Source of the DNA: Octopus vulgaris | Taxonomy: Eukaryota | Length of the DNA: 64,000 nt | Direction: 5' to 3' | Assembly: GCA_951406725.2 (NCBI GenBank) | Contig: OX597823.1 | Location: forward strand, 96,720,001 to 96,784,000 | Shown: piece by piece, positions 25,589-39,500 of the stretch | How the letters are laid out: every line of letters begins with the position of its first letter | Numbering within the stretch: position 1 is the first letter of the stretch | Notes under the pieces: generated by a model | What the model was told of the DNA's origin: nothing | Database searches by the model: none | The model's input: only the letters and a program-made list of their open reading frames with translations | Program-made: the position numbers and the translations under genes

Positions 25589-26660
25589 TTTCATAACTAA
25601 CCTTTGGATAAAGTGCAAATAAACATTACTAGTTTGTGTTTAACCAGCTGAGTGTTTTAGCTTAGTCTTGTTTCTCTCCTTTTGCCATATCTTAAATAGA
25701 AATATGGCTGTAATAAATAAATAAAGATAAAAAAAAAGGCCATAATTAGGCATCATGCTTTATGTCTCTGCTCTGTGATGTGTGTTTCCGTTCTGTGTTT
25801 ATGGTGTTTATGGCGTGTGTATTCATGCCGTGATTATGTTATAAGCAGATTATGAATGTGTTGAAAAGTCGGTTTCCAAATGGCTGATTTCTCACTCAAC
25901 ACTAAGGTTACTTTTAGAAAATTTTTCGGTATCTTATGGCACTGTAAAGACTCTTCAGATTTGCAACATGACAAGCTACAGGGAAGCAAGAGTTTAAATC
26001 AAAAAATTATATATAAAAACACACACACACACAAGGAGAAAACACTAAGCTTTGATGAACCATTGAGGATCTCTTTTAGCCCTTTGAATGCCAACCCACC
26101 TTAGACCACCCCTGGTTATATGATATAAACTTCTTGTTTCAAAGTGATTTAAATTAATTCTTACCATTGAAATTTTGTTAATTTATGTTTCAAGGATTTG
26201 CTGTGTGGTTAAGAAACTTGCTTTGCAATCTTGTAGTTTTGGGTTCACGCCTAGTATGTAGCACCTTGGGCAAGTGTCTTCTACAACAGCTCTGGGTCAA
26301 CCAGTGCCTTGTGAATGAATTTGGTACACAGAAATTGGGTGGAAGCCAAGCCCATGGTATGTGTGTGTGTGTTAGTGTCTGTTCTCACACAGCTTCATAA
26401 CTGATATTGGTTTGTTTACATCTCTGTTACTTAGCAGTCCAGCAAAAGAGACTGATAGAATAGGTGCTAGGCTTATTGATTTGCTCAACTACACTCTTTA
26501 AACAGTATCCTCACATGACTGTGATCCAATGACTGAAAGAAGTAAATGAGTAAACATCAACTTAATAAGGGATTATTTTACTAAATTTACTAATAGACAA
26601 GTAAATAATTACATACATACGTATATACGTAGGTACACACATATGTACATACATACATAC

Positions 26661-27262
26661 CAGTGAAGACCTCAATAAAATGTAGGCACAACAGACCCAA
26701 TATAATGATTTGGGATAGAGAAGGGAAACTGTGTACGGTTGTGGAAATTAGTTGCCTAGCAGATGTTAACATAATGCTGAAGATCAGTGAGAAAGAGAAC
26801 ACCTATGTTGAACTATTGAGAAATCTGCAGTTGCTCTGTCCAGATTACAAGTTCAGGTTTGTACCTGTAATTATTGGGGTCCTGGGATATGTAATACACT
26901 GCCTAAATACCGATCTTGAGAAATTAGGCTTCCCAAAACCAGAGAGAAGAAAGCTAATTCGAAGATTACAGATCCAATCCATTACTGGAACTGTAGAAGT
27001 CTGTGAAACTTTCCTGAAGTTTATCATTTAAATATATATGAGCATGTCTAGATATGCAACTATATGCATGAGAATACATGCATAAAACAAAACATACAAA
27101 TATGCACATATACATATATACATATATACCTACATACATACATACATACAAACAAAAGTATCCTGTTGTTGATGTTGAAATTCCAATGATGGAGTCTTGG
27201 ATCTAGGTTAGAAACCGTTTTTTTCTCTATTGGCAAGAAATCTTGAAATAAACTGAATAATG
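26661..27262 (+). mobile_element. 5'-truncated R4/Dong-type non-LTR retrotransposon: restriction-like endonuclease C-terminus (ORF 26663-27031) plus 3' UTR
   Basis: RPNIMIWDREGKLCTVVEISC.ADVN..K..EKENTY..L......FVPVIIGVLG matches the RPD..D...E...P.D.N...K..EK..KY..L...P.VIG.LG RLE motif; catalytic PD appears as PN; the 5' end abuts (TACA)n. Confidence 0.8.
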
Positions 27263-27268
27263 ACATAT

Positions 27269-27685
27269 AGGCGCAGGAGTGGCTGTGTGGTAAGTAGCTT
27301 GCTAACCAACCACATGGTTCTGGGTTCAGTCCCACTGCGTGGCATCTTGGGCAAGTGTCTTCTGCTATAGCCCCGGGCCGACCAATGCCTTGTGAGTGGA
27401 TTTGGTAGACGGAAACTGAAAGAAGCCTGTCGTATATATGTATATATAAATATGTATGTGTGTGTGTTTGTGTGACTGTGTTTGTCTCCCTAGCATTGCT
27501 TGACAACCGATGCTGGTGTGTTTACGTCCCCGTCACTTAACGGTTCGGCAAAAAGAGACCGATAGAATAAGTACTGCGCTTACAAAGAATAAGTCCCGGG
27601 GTCGATTTGCTCGACTAAAGGCGGTGCTCCAGCATGGCTGCAATCAAATGACTGAAACAAGTAACAGAAAGAAAGAAAGAAAGAA
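27269..27685 (+). mobile_element. SINE family A, full-length young copy
   Basis: Colinear with 2711-3095, CpGs largely intact. Confidence 0.85.
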
Positions 27686-28221
27686 ATATATGCATCTATT
27701 TATATACATGTATGAATAAATGATTGAGTCCATTAAAGAGCTCTGGGATCCAAAACCAGCTGGAGCTAAACAGAAACATTGCCATTGAGAGGGACATGGT
27801 GTTTCTGTTGTTGAGTGTAATTTTTTTTTGGGATTTATATTTATTTATTTATTGCTACATGGATTCAATTATACAATTGTAATCAGAATCAGTTTATGAG
27901 GCGGCGTTTAAAGTGAATTAACCATTTCATGAAAGGAATAACAAAGCAAAGACCAGCTTTTAGAGTAGTTCCTGTGAGGTCTTGTACACGCATAAAAACA
28001 TACATGCATACACACACGCACATACATGTGTGTGTGCACGCGCGCGTGTGCGCGTGTGTGTGTGGTGGATATATTAGGAACAGATGTCTAGTAGAAGTTT
28101 AAAAGAGTTGAACTGTTTCTCAGTATGCTTGAAGGAATAAATAAAGAAAAAGAAACATACTTAATGTATGTATATATATATATATATATGTATATATATG
28201 TGTGTGTGTGTGTGTTATATA

Positions 28222-28269
<48 letters not shown>

Positions 28270-28375
28270 ATATATATGTATATAAAATAATAATTTATTT
28301 GTATATTCCTTTGAAGTTTCAGTTTCTAGAATGTCTTTCAAAGTGGTGTGTGTGTGTGTCTCTCTCTCTCTCTCT

Positions 28376-28422
<47 letters not shown>

Positions 28423-28594
28423 CTTGGCTGTGTGGTTAAGAAGTTTGCTTTGCGACCACAAGTTTTTAGTCAGGTTCAGTTCCATTTCAGGGCACCTTGG
28501 GTTAGAGACTTCTTGTACAACACTGAACCAACCAATGCCTTGCAAGTGAATTTTATAGACAAAAACTATATAAAAGCCTGTTATGTATATATGT

Positions 28595-28629
<35 letters not shown>

Positions 28630-28879
28630 TAGCCTGTATGTGTGACTGTAAGCATGGATATATTGTTGAGATGGAATGATAGATAAATCTTTCCTTAAGA
28701 TATAAACTTGCGGTTTTTATTAAACATCAAAATGAGTAAGCTGGGCCACAGCACAGTCAAAGAGATCTTCAGGGAAATTAAAAGCCTAAGTTTTAGCAAA
28801 CCAAAGTTTACATTATATATCTGGTCATTATAAGCATGCTAGGTGTAACATTAAGTATGTTTATGTGAGAACACTTTTG

Positions 28880-28930
<51 letters not shown>

Positions 28931-29078
28931 TACAAATAAGAAAATGGAGAAACAGATTTAGTTTGTTCATCAACTTTCGGATATTAGAAAGTTGGATTAT
29001 TTATTCATTTAGCAAAATGAGAACCGATAAATACTATCCCATAGTAGGTTACGCCCATAGCTCCTATCTTACTTTATG

Positions 29079-29109
<31 letters not shown>

Positions 29110-29119
29110 GTATGTATGC

Positions 29120-29170
<51 letters not shown>

Positions 29171-29224
29171 ACAAATCTATATATATAGCTTTGTATATTT
29201 TTGTGTGTTTGTTAGTAAGAGGCA

Positions 29225-29490
29225 GAATGAAACCTCGTGGGACTGAGGTGGAGATGGCGAAGCTGATGGTGCCCTCTGTTGCAGTCTTGACTGCAGTGGC
29301 AAAGGAGGTCATTGTTTGCCTGAGTTGACATTAGGGTGTTACCTCTGCTAGAGTGTTCATATCTCAAACACCAGACATCAACTGGAAAATAACCACTCTT
29401 ATAATGGTCACTAGAAAGGTGAGTCACATAATGGAAGGGTCAAGTGCTCTTGATCATTGAAGCGGATGTTGAGTTTTAGTAATATTCTGT
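29225..29490 (-). mobile_element. Possible highly degraded Penelope-like GIY-YIG endonuclease C-terminal relic
   Basis: - strand fragments LKLNIRFNDQEH and ATEGTISFAISTSVPRGF loosely resemble L..RF.EH and E...IF.L.T..P.G.N; weak. Confidence 0.25.
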
Positions 29491-29818
29491 GTGGTGTCCA
29501 GACTTTTTCTTATTATTTCTTTTGGCACTTTTCATTGGCTTATTCTGGGGTCTTAAAATTCAACTGCAACATGTCCTGGTAGATAAATACCGTCACAAAA
29601 TAAAGGAGCCAACCATCATTCATGGACAAATAAGGCTTGGTGGTAACATGGACCACATTTATGAGAATTTTAGGTACCTATGTGGCTACAGGTAGATATA
29701 GATACTCTCTTGACTCTCCAGCTCTTATATCCAGCAGCACAGGTAGAATGGACAGTTAGAGAGGGATGGGGAGAGAGATACAGAGAGAGGGGAGAGAGGG
29801 TATGTAAGTATGTATATA

Positions 29819-29858
<40 letters not shown>

Positions 29859-29959
29859 TAAATCTATACATATATATATATATAGATAAATCTATACATA
29901 TATATATAGATAAATCTATACATATATATATATATAGATAAATCTATACATACACACAT

Positions 29960-30284
29960 CCAGACCCCTCCCACGCACTTTTAGCTGGTCCCTCAACCCT
30001 TTTATCAACCCTATTATCTCCCCTTATTTCGCTCTCGCGTCTCATGTTTGATCTTTGACCTCTGGCCGAAATCAGATCGCCATGTTGATTCGTTAGCTAC
30101 TGCACGCATTTTTTTCTCTCCTTCTTTCTGTGTTTTTTCTCTCTGTGTATCTTTCTGTTGAAGAGCGTAGGCTCGAAACATTAAAGACTTGTTTTATTTA
30201 TATTTCCTGAGCGCCATACTAATACAATTGTTCGTTTGTTTTCCACCTGCCTTCGTCTTTTGTTTATTTTCATAAAGCTTCCCG

Positions 30285-30286
<2 letters not shown>
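29960..30286 (+). mobile_element. Hammerhead-bearing element family H1 (longest copy)
   Basis: tcttt CTGTTGA a GAGC gtag GCTC GAAAC att aaaga at 30150-30187; the 3' end cttcccgt runs into (TA)n; near-identical to 34062-34273. Confidence 0.75.
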
Positions 30287-30327
<41 letters not shown>

Positions 30328-30430
30328 GAGAGAGGTTTGGCCAAAAGTCACCTGGCAGTAAATCAAAACCAATTAATTCCAAAGTTTATTTAAGTTTAAC
30401 AACTGAATGAATTTAATAAAAGCATCTAAA

Positions 30431-30487
<57 letters not shown>

Positions 30488-30491
<4 letters not shown>

Positions 30492-30664
30492 GGAATTTAC
30501 AAAAAAAACAACAACAAAAGACTAAGATGGGTGTGTAAGCAACAAATATATTAGTTTAACACTCGGGAAGTGAGGAAGGCTTTTACCTTTCGAGCCTACG
30601 CTCTTCAACAGAAAGGGACACAGAAATAAACAGAGAGAGAAAATAGAAAGGTTTAGTGGCTAGT
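30488..30664 (-). mobile_element. Hammerhead-bearing element family H1
   Basis: Reverse complement cttt CTGTTGA a GAGC gtag GCTC GAAAG gta aaag; starts at the edge of a (TA)n tract. Confidence 0.7.
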
Positions 30665-30680
30665 GATCAATCATATTGAA

Positions 30681-30922
<242 letters not shown>

Positions 30923-32263
30923 GTCTACCTGTTCCATTATGTTATCAATTATAGATGTCAGTAGTACATGGTAGCTTAAAGAGAGCTAATCAGTGTGGAG
31001 GTATGAAACTAGAACTGATAACGAGTGAGATAGAGGTTGTTGGTGGTGGTGGTGGTGAGAGAGAATTTAAAATGAAATCTGTTGTTTTCCCAATGCTGAT
31101 GCAAACACACACACACAGGTATGCACAGGTGTGCATACCACACACACACACATGTACTCACTTACACACACGCACATTCACACAAACACACTCACATACA
31201 CACAGATACACACATAGTCCCCCTTCCTCGTACATCCTCACTCACACTTCACAGACAATATTTTACCCAAGTCCTTCCTGATCCAGCAGATTTATGATCA
31301 AAAATGTTCCATCCCATCCCCTTTTTTTATGTCAAGGACAACAACATCTAATATATCCTTCATTATTTAAGATGGTAGGGTGTGATTTGGCTGCTATTTT
31401 TTAACAAGGCAAGTGACTGCTGATTATGCTTGGTGCAATAAAAGATATATAAAATAAAAAGCTGTGATTTGTATATTGTTAGAGTCTACTGAATGGCTTC
31501 CTAGAGTTCTAAATATGGCATCTTTACAAACACAAACATTTGATTGCAGTCTTTCGGTTCTTTTACTGCTTGTGAAACACTTTATTGTTGACTAGCACTA
31601 TGACCTGGCGTTGCCGGGTCATAGTGCTAGTGCATGCATATACAGCAGCGTGTGTGCGCACATACACGCGAGTACTGTCCAAATCTCTGACCAATCACAT
31701 ACAGCTAGCTGGTATTCAATTGGCGTATCAAGTTTCGGGCATTTTGATTGGGTTTTGGATAGAAAATTCACAAAAAGGTCACTTCTATTGATTTTTTAAT
31801 GGCTTTGTGGGGTGACTAGGGAAATGTAAAGATGTGCACGACCATCCTTGGACGGTTTTGAATGACCATAGAAAGTGCGAGCCCTCTCACTGAAGAATTG
31901 TGGATTTGTATAAAGGACACACACATACACAGACAGACAGACATTTTGCCGTTTATATATAGAGAGATGAAGTGTGAATCATACAATTGATTTGTGACAG
32001 AGGTTGGTAGCACGTAAAAGATATCCATGCCCGTGACATGTAAAAGGCACCCATGATACTCTGTAAAGTGTTGGTGTTAGGGAGGGCATCCAGCTGTAGC
32101 ACCCAAGCAAAAACAGATAATTGGAGCCTGGTGCCAGCTCCAGTCAAACCATCTAACCCATGCCAACAGGGAAAACAAACATTAAAGAATGTTAGTCATT
32201 AAACAAAATCTGCCAATTCAAGCTGCTTGCCTCCGCTGTGTATGATGGTAGGAGAACATACAA

Positions 32264-32315
<52 letters not shown>

Positions 32316-32316
<1 letters not shown>

Positions 32317-32707
32317 TAGCAGTATCGCCCGGCGTTGCTCGGGTTTGTAAGGGAAATAATTATATAAGCATTTTTAGAGATGTAAAGTATAATAGCCATC
32401 TCAATATGGCTAACCACAAAGGGGGAGGGGTGTTACTGTAGCTTTTTACGTTCTGAGATTTAATAATAAATTTTAGAGAGTTACTTCCCTTATATATGTC
32501 AAAAATGGATTAAAAATGGGAAAAATTGATGGTAAATTTTTTTTTAAATCGTAGACTCATCGTAGACGCGCGCTAATACCCAGACGGTCTTGATATGAAT
32601 CACGACTATAAGATACCCGGTTTTGGTTAAACTGCACCGCAAAATGTGGGAGTAAGGAATCTAAATCGTAGGAGACAGACACACAACCTCACTTTTATAT
32701 ATAAAGA
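32316..32707 (-). mobile_element. Non-autonomous Helitron
   Basis: The - strand starts TCTTTATATATAAAAG and ends with the hairpin CCCGAGCAACGCCGGG then CTAG, inserted between A and T; second copy at 58962-59333. Confidence 0.8.
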
Positions 32708-32770
32708 TTTCCTCTATTTACATAATATTGAGGTCTCTTTCTTTCTTTTGTTATCTTACTGTTTTTACCA

Positions 32771-32807
<37 letters not shown>

Positions 32808-32815
32808 TATATATA

Positions 32816-33138
32816 GTTACAGAGATGTACTTGCATAGCAAGTGACTTGATCTGAGATCGTGTGCTGGAACGAAAACAGTTGCAGCGTTGAAGGTGTTTA
32901 TAAGCCATTTAAGAAACACACAAAAACCGTTAGATTCACTTCAACATTTAAATTTAATTTGTGAAAATATTTTCGTCGCTTTGAGACCGCGACCTGTTAG
33001 CATGATATTTTTGTCAGTGAACAGGTCGCGGTCTCAAAGCGAGGAAAATATTTTGGCAAATTAAATTTAAATGTTGAAGTGAATCTAACGGTTTTTGTGT
33101 GTTTCTTAAATGGCTTACAAACACCTTCCACGCTGCAA
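32816..33138 (-). mobile_element. TA-flanked fold-back insert (~119 bp arms)
   Basis: Tail 32816-32879, arms 32880-32998 and 33020-33138, 21-nt loop, TA repeats on both sides. Confidence 0.75.
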
Positions 33139-33819
33139 TATATATATACACACATATATATATATGTATGTATGTATATGTGTATATGTGTATGCATGTA
33201 TGTGTGTGTGTGTGCGTGTCTGTGCTTGTGATTGTCCTCCACCACTGCTTGACAACGAATGTTGGTTTGTTTACATCCCTGTCACCTAGTGGTTTGACAA
33301 AGGAAACAGATAGAATAAGTACAATGTTTGGAATACAGCTCTGCTCTCAACAGTTTCTGTCCCCCACCTATCAGGGTGTCTTCTGCTGCAAAATAATAAT
33401 AACTTATTATATTGCTACATGGTTAGGAAGTTTGTTTCACAACCACATGGTTCTTGGTTCATTCCCACTACATGGTACTTGAAGTAAATGTCTTCATTGC
33501 TTTGGGCTGATCAATATGTTGCAAGTGAAATTTGCTGGACAGAAATTGTGTAGAAACACACCATATTATTGTTGTTGTTGTTATTATGAACGTGGCAAGC
33601 TGGCAGAATCATTAGCACACTGGGCAAAATACTTAGCAGCATTTTGTCTGTCTTTACATTCTGAGTTCAAATTCCACTGTTGTATATCAGTTGTATACTG
33701 AGATCAATGTGTTTGACTAACCCCTCCCCTTAAAGTTGCTGGCCTTGTGTTAAAAGTAGAAAAAATGATTATCCTTATTAAGGCAGCAAGTTGGCTGCAT
33801 TTAGCAGCATTTCTTCTGG

Positions 33820-34023
33820 TTACTCTTTTACTTGTTTCAGCCATTTGACTGCGGCCATGCTGGAGTACCGCCTTTAGTCGAGCAAATTGACCCCAGGACT
33901 TATTCTTTGTAAGCCTAGTAATTATTCTATCAGATTCTTTTGCCAAACTGCTAAGTTACGGGAACATAAACACACCAGCATCGGTTGTCACACGATGTTG
34001 GGGTGACAAACACAGACATGAAA

Positions 34024-34062
<39 letters not shown>

Positions 34063-34458
34063 ACGGGAAGCTTTATGAAAATAAACAAAAGACGAAGGCA
34101 GGTGGAAAACAAACGAACAATTGTATTAGTATGGCGCTCAGGAAATATAAATAAAACAAGTCTTTAACGTTTCGAGCCTACGCTCTTCAACAGAAAGATA
34201 CACAGAGAGAGAAAAACACAGAAAGAAGGAGAAAAAAAAATGCGTGCAGTAGCTAACGAATCAACATGGCGATATATATATATATACATATATACAACGG
34301 GCTTCTTTTAGTTTCTGTCTACCAAATCCACTCACAAGGCTTTGGTCGGCCTGAGGCTATAGTAGAAGACACTTGCCCAAAGTGCCACGCAGTGGGAATG
34401 AACCTGGAACCATGTGGTTGGTAAGCAAGCTACTTATCACACAGCCACTCCTGCACCT
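33820..34458 (-). mobile_element. SINE family A interrupted by a family H1 element
   Basis: 3' half at 33820-34040 and 5' half at 34290-34458 flank the insert at the SINE's internal TA tract. Confidence 0.8.
34062..34273 (-). mobile_element. Hammerhead-bearing element family H1 (best-preserved fold, 34161-34199)
   Basis: - strand TCTTT CTGTTGA A GAGC GTAG GCTC GAAAC GTT AAAGA: 5-bp stem I, 4-bp stem II, palindromic AACGTT. Confidence 0.75.
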
Positions 34459-34637
34459 ATTCTTTATATACTGAGTTCAAATCCTGCTGAGGTCAACTTT
34501 ACCCTTCATCCTTTCAGGACTGATAAAATAGGGTGCCAGTTAAGTACTGGGGATCCTGTAATTAACCCGATTCAACTGACCTGTTGTCAAAGATATTTTA
34601 TTTTACTTATTTATTTCATCTTTCATGCAGTGGACTC

Positions 34638-34912
34638 CCCTTTAGCATTTAATCCAGCCATTTGAGACCCAAATATTCCACCTGTTTCATGATCAAACCA
34701 GCTAGAGTTGGCCTCTCACATCTAACCTATAATGTCATTCTAACAATAAAGAATCTTATCATTGAAATCTCCACACAATGAGATCGTACAGAAAGGAGCC
34801 GAGATATCAGGTGATTGCTGAATAGTCCAGCTACAAGGTCATGCATGATTAATTCAAAATAATGGGAATGAATATGCATTACACTTGATAAAGTAATTTG
34901 AATGCTAAAGGG
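34638..34912. mobile_element. piggyBac-like MITE
   Basis: TIR CCCTTTAGCATT ... AATGCTAAAGGG followed by TTAA; related copy at 43857-44358. Confidence 0.65.
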
Positions 34913-37800
34913 TTAAGATAATAAGATAGGATTTGAGCGAGGTCTGGCTGCTGTTTCTTGCGGGTTGAGCTACCACATACACACTTCCTCGTCTGCCTTT
35001 CCAGTAAATGATATTAAGATATATGGTGATATATTCATATAATAAAATGATGAAATTAAAATCTGCAATGGGATGTGGGAGGGGCTTTTCCTGCTATCAA
35101 AGGTTACGTGTCAACTAGTATGATGAGGAGCATTTTAAAATAAACAACACCATTTTATACGATATTGTGTACGTGGAGGCGAAACCTGTCTGTTATAGAA
35201 TGATGGCAGGAAGGCAAGCTTAACGTACGCAGAGGCAGGAAGTAGCATGCACCTCTCTAAGATTTGCAGATGCTCTACTGACATGTAAACATCAAAATGC
35301 TATGTAAGTTTATTCGTCCGTGACTCTCTGTAAATTTTGACTGATGCTTCTATGGCAGCCTTGCAAGAAATCATGTTGTTTAGCCCCTTGATCCAGCAGG
35401 TTATGGATCAAATCATTCAAATGGCGGCAGCCTTCCGATTTTTCTTTTTTCTAATGGGCACAGTCATGGAAGTGTGGTGAAGAAGCTTGCTTTGTACCCA
35501 TGTGGTTTCAGCTTCAGTCCCACCATGGGCCAACCAATGCCTTGTGAGTTTATCTGTTAGATGGAAGTTATTTGGAAGCTAATATATGTATATGTGAATG
35601 TATGTCTGAGTTTGTGTTTGTCCCCCACCACTGATTGAATAACGATGTTGGTTTGTTTACATCCCTGTTACTTAAGAGTTCAGCAAAAGAGAATGATAGG
35701 GTCATTTTGTGTGACTAAGCCCTTCAGGCAGTGCCCCAGCATGGCCACAGTAGTATGAGCAAAACAAGTAAAACAGATAAAAGATTACAGAGTAGCGTTT
35801 TTAAAAGGCAACAATGTGATTCAATGGCGATTTGACTGCTATTTCAAGCTAGTCACGTAAGTAGATAGAGGTGTTATTGTTTAGCCCATGGTCAGCACTG
35901 GTCAGATTACCATAATCAAAAGCATTCCTGCCATGTTGCCCTCCGCACCATCTTATTAGACATCTTATTTTCTCAGACTACAGCAGCCATTGTATTCTTC
36001 ATTTTTCTTAAAGATGCTTAGACACAGGCATGGATGCATGGTTAAATAGCTTGCTTCCCAATCACATGGTTTCAGGTTCAGTCCTACTGTGTGGTACACT
36101 GAAAAAGCGTTTACTGCAAATAGCCCCGGGTCAACCAATGCTGCACGAGAGGACTTGGCAGATGGAAACTGAATGAAGTCCATCATGTGTGTGTGTGTCA
36201 GAGTATTGGAGAAAATGTGATGTGGTATTGTGTTACGTTACTTTACATTCTGAGTTCAAATCTCAGTTGGGTAAAAATTTACTTTTCTCTTTCATAGTTA
36301 ATAAAATAAGTCTCAGAGTAGATATAACTGAGTAAAACCCATCAAGGTAGTGCTCCAGCATGGCCGTGGCTCAGGAACTTAAACTAGTAAGAATATAAAG
36401 CAAATGCATAAATCATACATAATATTCACATATTCAATATATACTGTGAAGGTGCGTGGCTAAATGGTTAGGGGTATTCAGCTCAAGATTGTCAGGTCGT
36501 GAGTTCAATTCTTGGCAACGCATTGTGTTCTTGAACAAGACACTTTATTTCTTGTTGCTCCAGTTCACTCAGCTGGCAAAAATGAGTTGTACCTGTATTT
36601 CAAAGGGCCAGCCTTGTCACATCCGATGTCATACTGAATCATTCCTGAGAACTGCATTAAGAATATGTAAGTCTACTCAGCCACTTGTCCCTCAATTTCA
36701 TGAGCTGGCTGTTCCATAGATTGGATCTTCTAGAATGCTCACCGCCGTAACCAACGGAGTGCCAGTTATATATTCATGCATTCACTACATGCATGAATTC
36801 ACCCTGCATCACATATGTTTTATATTTTAAACTCATCTAATTACCATACACCTGCATTGAACACTTACTTCTCGTCTATCTGATAAAATAAATAAATAAA
36901 TAAAGCTGAGCCAAGTAAAACCACTATTAAGATGATTAAACTATAAAACAGCAATACGAAAAAAGATAGGTGTAAATATACACCAGATGTTAGTGGGGAA
37001 AAAACCCTGAGGTGTGTAATATGGTACATGGGTTAGCAGTTCTTATTCATTGCTCCAGCTACTGAGTTAAGAGGAAACCACATCTTGCTTCTTCACATTA
37101 TTAATTATATATATATAAGCAATAAAAAATGTGTGGTTATTGCTTACTTACCGTCAATCTTCATAAATTATTATTTATATATAATTTTATATATACATAT
37201 ATCTATTTATACATACATACACATACATATATACTCACTCACACACACATATGTAACTTTATATATATATATATATATAGTTTGTCTGAACCTAGTGCAG
37301 CTCTCTGGCTTACCAGTTCCAGTCAAGCCATCTAACCCATACTAGCATGGAAAGTGGACGTTAAATTAGGATGATGATGATATATGTGTGTGTGTGTGTG
37401 CGTGTGTGAGTGTCTATATCTCCCTCTTGTAAAAGTTTATAAATGTGTCCCCTCCTAAAAAGTATTGAGTAATTCTTTGGTCTAAAAGGCATAGTGACCA
37501 GTGATGTATAACATCCAATAGTCTGGTTGATCATGTGATACATGTGTGAGCTTTTTTTTTGTTTAGTTAGTTGGAGAAGCAGTGCTCTTGACATGTTACA
37601 GGGTCTCTAAGACCAGTGGAAGCAAGATGTGAAGAAAAGTATCTTCAATCTGGACACCTGTCCCCTATGCTTGCAACATATGGTAGACTTTGCTAAATCT
37701 ACCCAAGGTGCCAAGTGGTGCTGTTAAACTGGACAAAGGATGAGGTCTAATACCCAAGTAGGCTTTGGTGGTATTTGAACCCAGGATGGAAAGATCTATG

Positions 37801-37837
<37 letters not shown>

Positions 37838-38204
37838 CCATATATGAGAGATCTGTGAAGCCTTTGTGGATATGAAACCATTGGTCAGTCTATGACTGGA
37901 CATAGACTTAATTATATATATATATATATATACCCACACACACATATATATAGACACATATGTTGGATATGGTACTGATGAAAGGAGAATGATCCTTAAA
38001 ATATGCATATACTCTCATTAACTTCTTTTTTGTCTTCAATCATATTGTTTGCATAGACATATTTGTTTATGAAATGTGACTGGCTCAGAATTCTGTGGAA
38101 AAATCTATGCAGATAATATTAATATATATATCATCATCATCATCATCGTTTAACGTCCGTTTTCCGCGCTAGCACGGGTTGGACATATTTATACATATAT
38201 ATAT

Positions 38205-38485
<281 letters not shown>

Positions 38486-38552
38486 GAAATGAAGAAAATG
38501 CTGACAAAATAATTTAAGTAATTTAAGTAATTTAATTAGGTGAAGTTCTTTT

Positions 38553-38606
38553 AAAAATATGGAACGCTTCACGAATTTGCATGTCATCCTTGCGCAGGGA
38601 CCATGC
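38553..38606 (-). pseudogene. RNU6: U6 snRNA 3' fragment (inverted arm)
   Basis: Reverse complement GCATGGTCCCTGCGCAAGGATGACATGCAAATTCGTGAAGCGTTCCATATTTTT; two substitutions versus canonical U6. Confidence 0.9.
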
Positions 38607-38647
38607 GCAAGGATGACACGCAAATTCGTGAAGCGTTCCATATTTTT
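38604..38647 (+). pseudogene. RNU6: U6 snRNA 3' fragment (sense arm of a fold-back insert spanning 38482-38760)
   Basis: TGCGCAAGGATGACACGCAAATTCGTGAAGCGTTCCATATTTTT matches the conserved 3' end of metazoan U6 as I recall it. Confidence 0.9.
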
Positions 38648-38756
38648 AAAAGAACTTTCACCTAATTAAATTACTTAAATTACTTAAATTATTTTGTCAG
38701 CATTTTCTTCATTTCCTTTTTATATATCACAACTCGTGTTCCACATCTCCTTTTTT

Positions 38757-38808
<52 letters not shown>

Positions 38809-38812
<4 letters not shown>

Positions 38813-39191
38813 ATTAGAGGATATGTGAACCTCGTGAAGGAAGAGTTGCATCAAAGAAAATACTTGTTCAATATCTAGTATTGTTGGCGAATGAAATTGC
38901 CTTAAAGCAATAGGTATACATTAAGCATATAGTTTGTATCCAGTTAGAAGAAGAAGAAAATGGAGATAAGGAAGTTAGCAATTATTTATTATTAACAAAT
39001 TGGTCATCTTTGCTTCTTACAGCCATTTCAATTAATACTAAATCATTTAATTACAAATTTAATGTAGAAATTTGTAATTAAATGATTTAGTATTAATTGA
39101 AATGGCTGTAAGAAGCAAAGATGACCAATTTGTTAATAATAAATAATTGCTAACTTCCTTATCTCCATTTTCTTCTTCTTCTAACTGGATA
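38809..39191 (-). mobile_element. TA-flanked fold-back insert with apparently perfect 124-bp arms
   Basis: Tail 38809-38936, arms 38937-39060 and 39068-39191, loop AATGTAG; contains GAAA-TGGCTG-TA (hammerhead stem III-like). Confidence 0.8.
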
Positions 39192-39469
39192 TATATATTT
39201 ACACATATATACACAGTTACACATCAGGTTTCATTTAGTTTTTGTCAGCGTTATCCAATCGTGAGGCTTTGGTTGGAGAAGAGTAGCATAGAAGACATTT
39301 GCCCCAGTTCAAGGCATGTGGTTGCAACATGAACAGCTTCGCTGCACAACCATAGCCACCACCCATATATTGTTGGTGTTCAACCCAATGATTACATGCT
39401 GTTATTTATGGTTTCATGCACTTGAGGAATGAATTACATGCATATCTATATCTATGTCTATGTATCTGT

Positions 39470-39499
<30 letters not shown>

Positions 39500-39500
<1 letters not shown>

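Noticed and set aside
27180-27220. Hammerhead-like aatgatgg...gaaacc in the R4-type 3' UTR
   Set aside because: No CUGA core and no convincing stems.
38553-38647. Functional U6 snRNA gene
   Set aside because: The 5' half including the ACAGAGA box and any upstream promoter is missing; only inverted 3' fragments are present.
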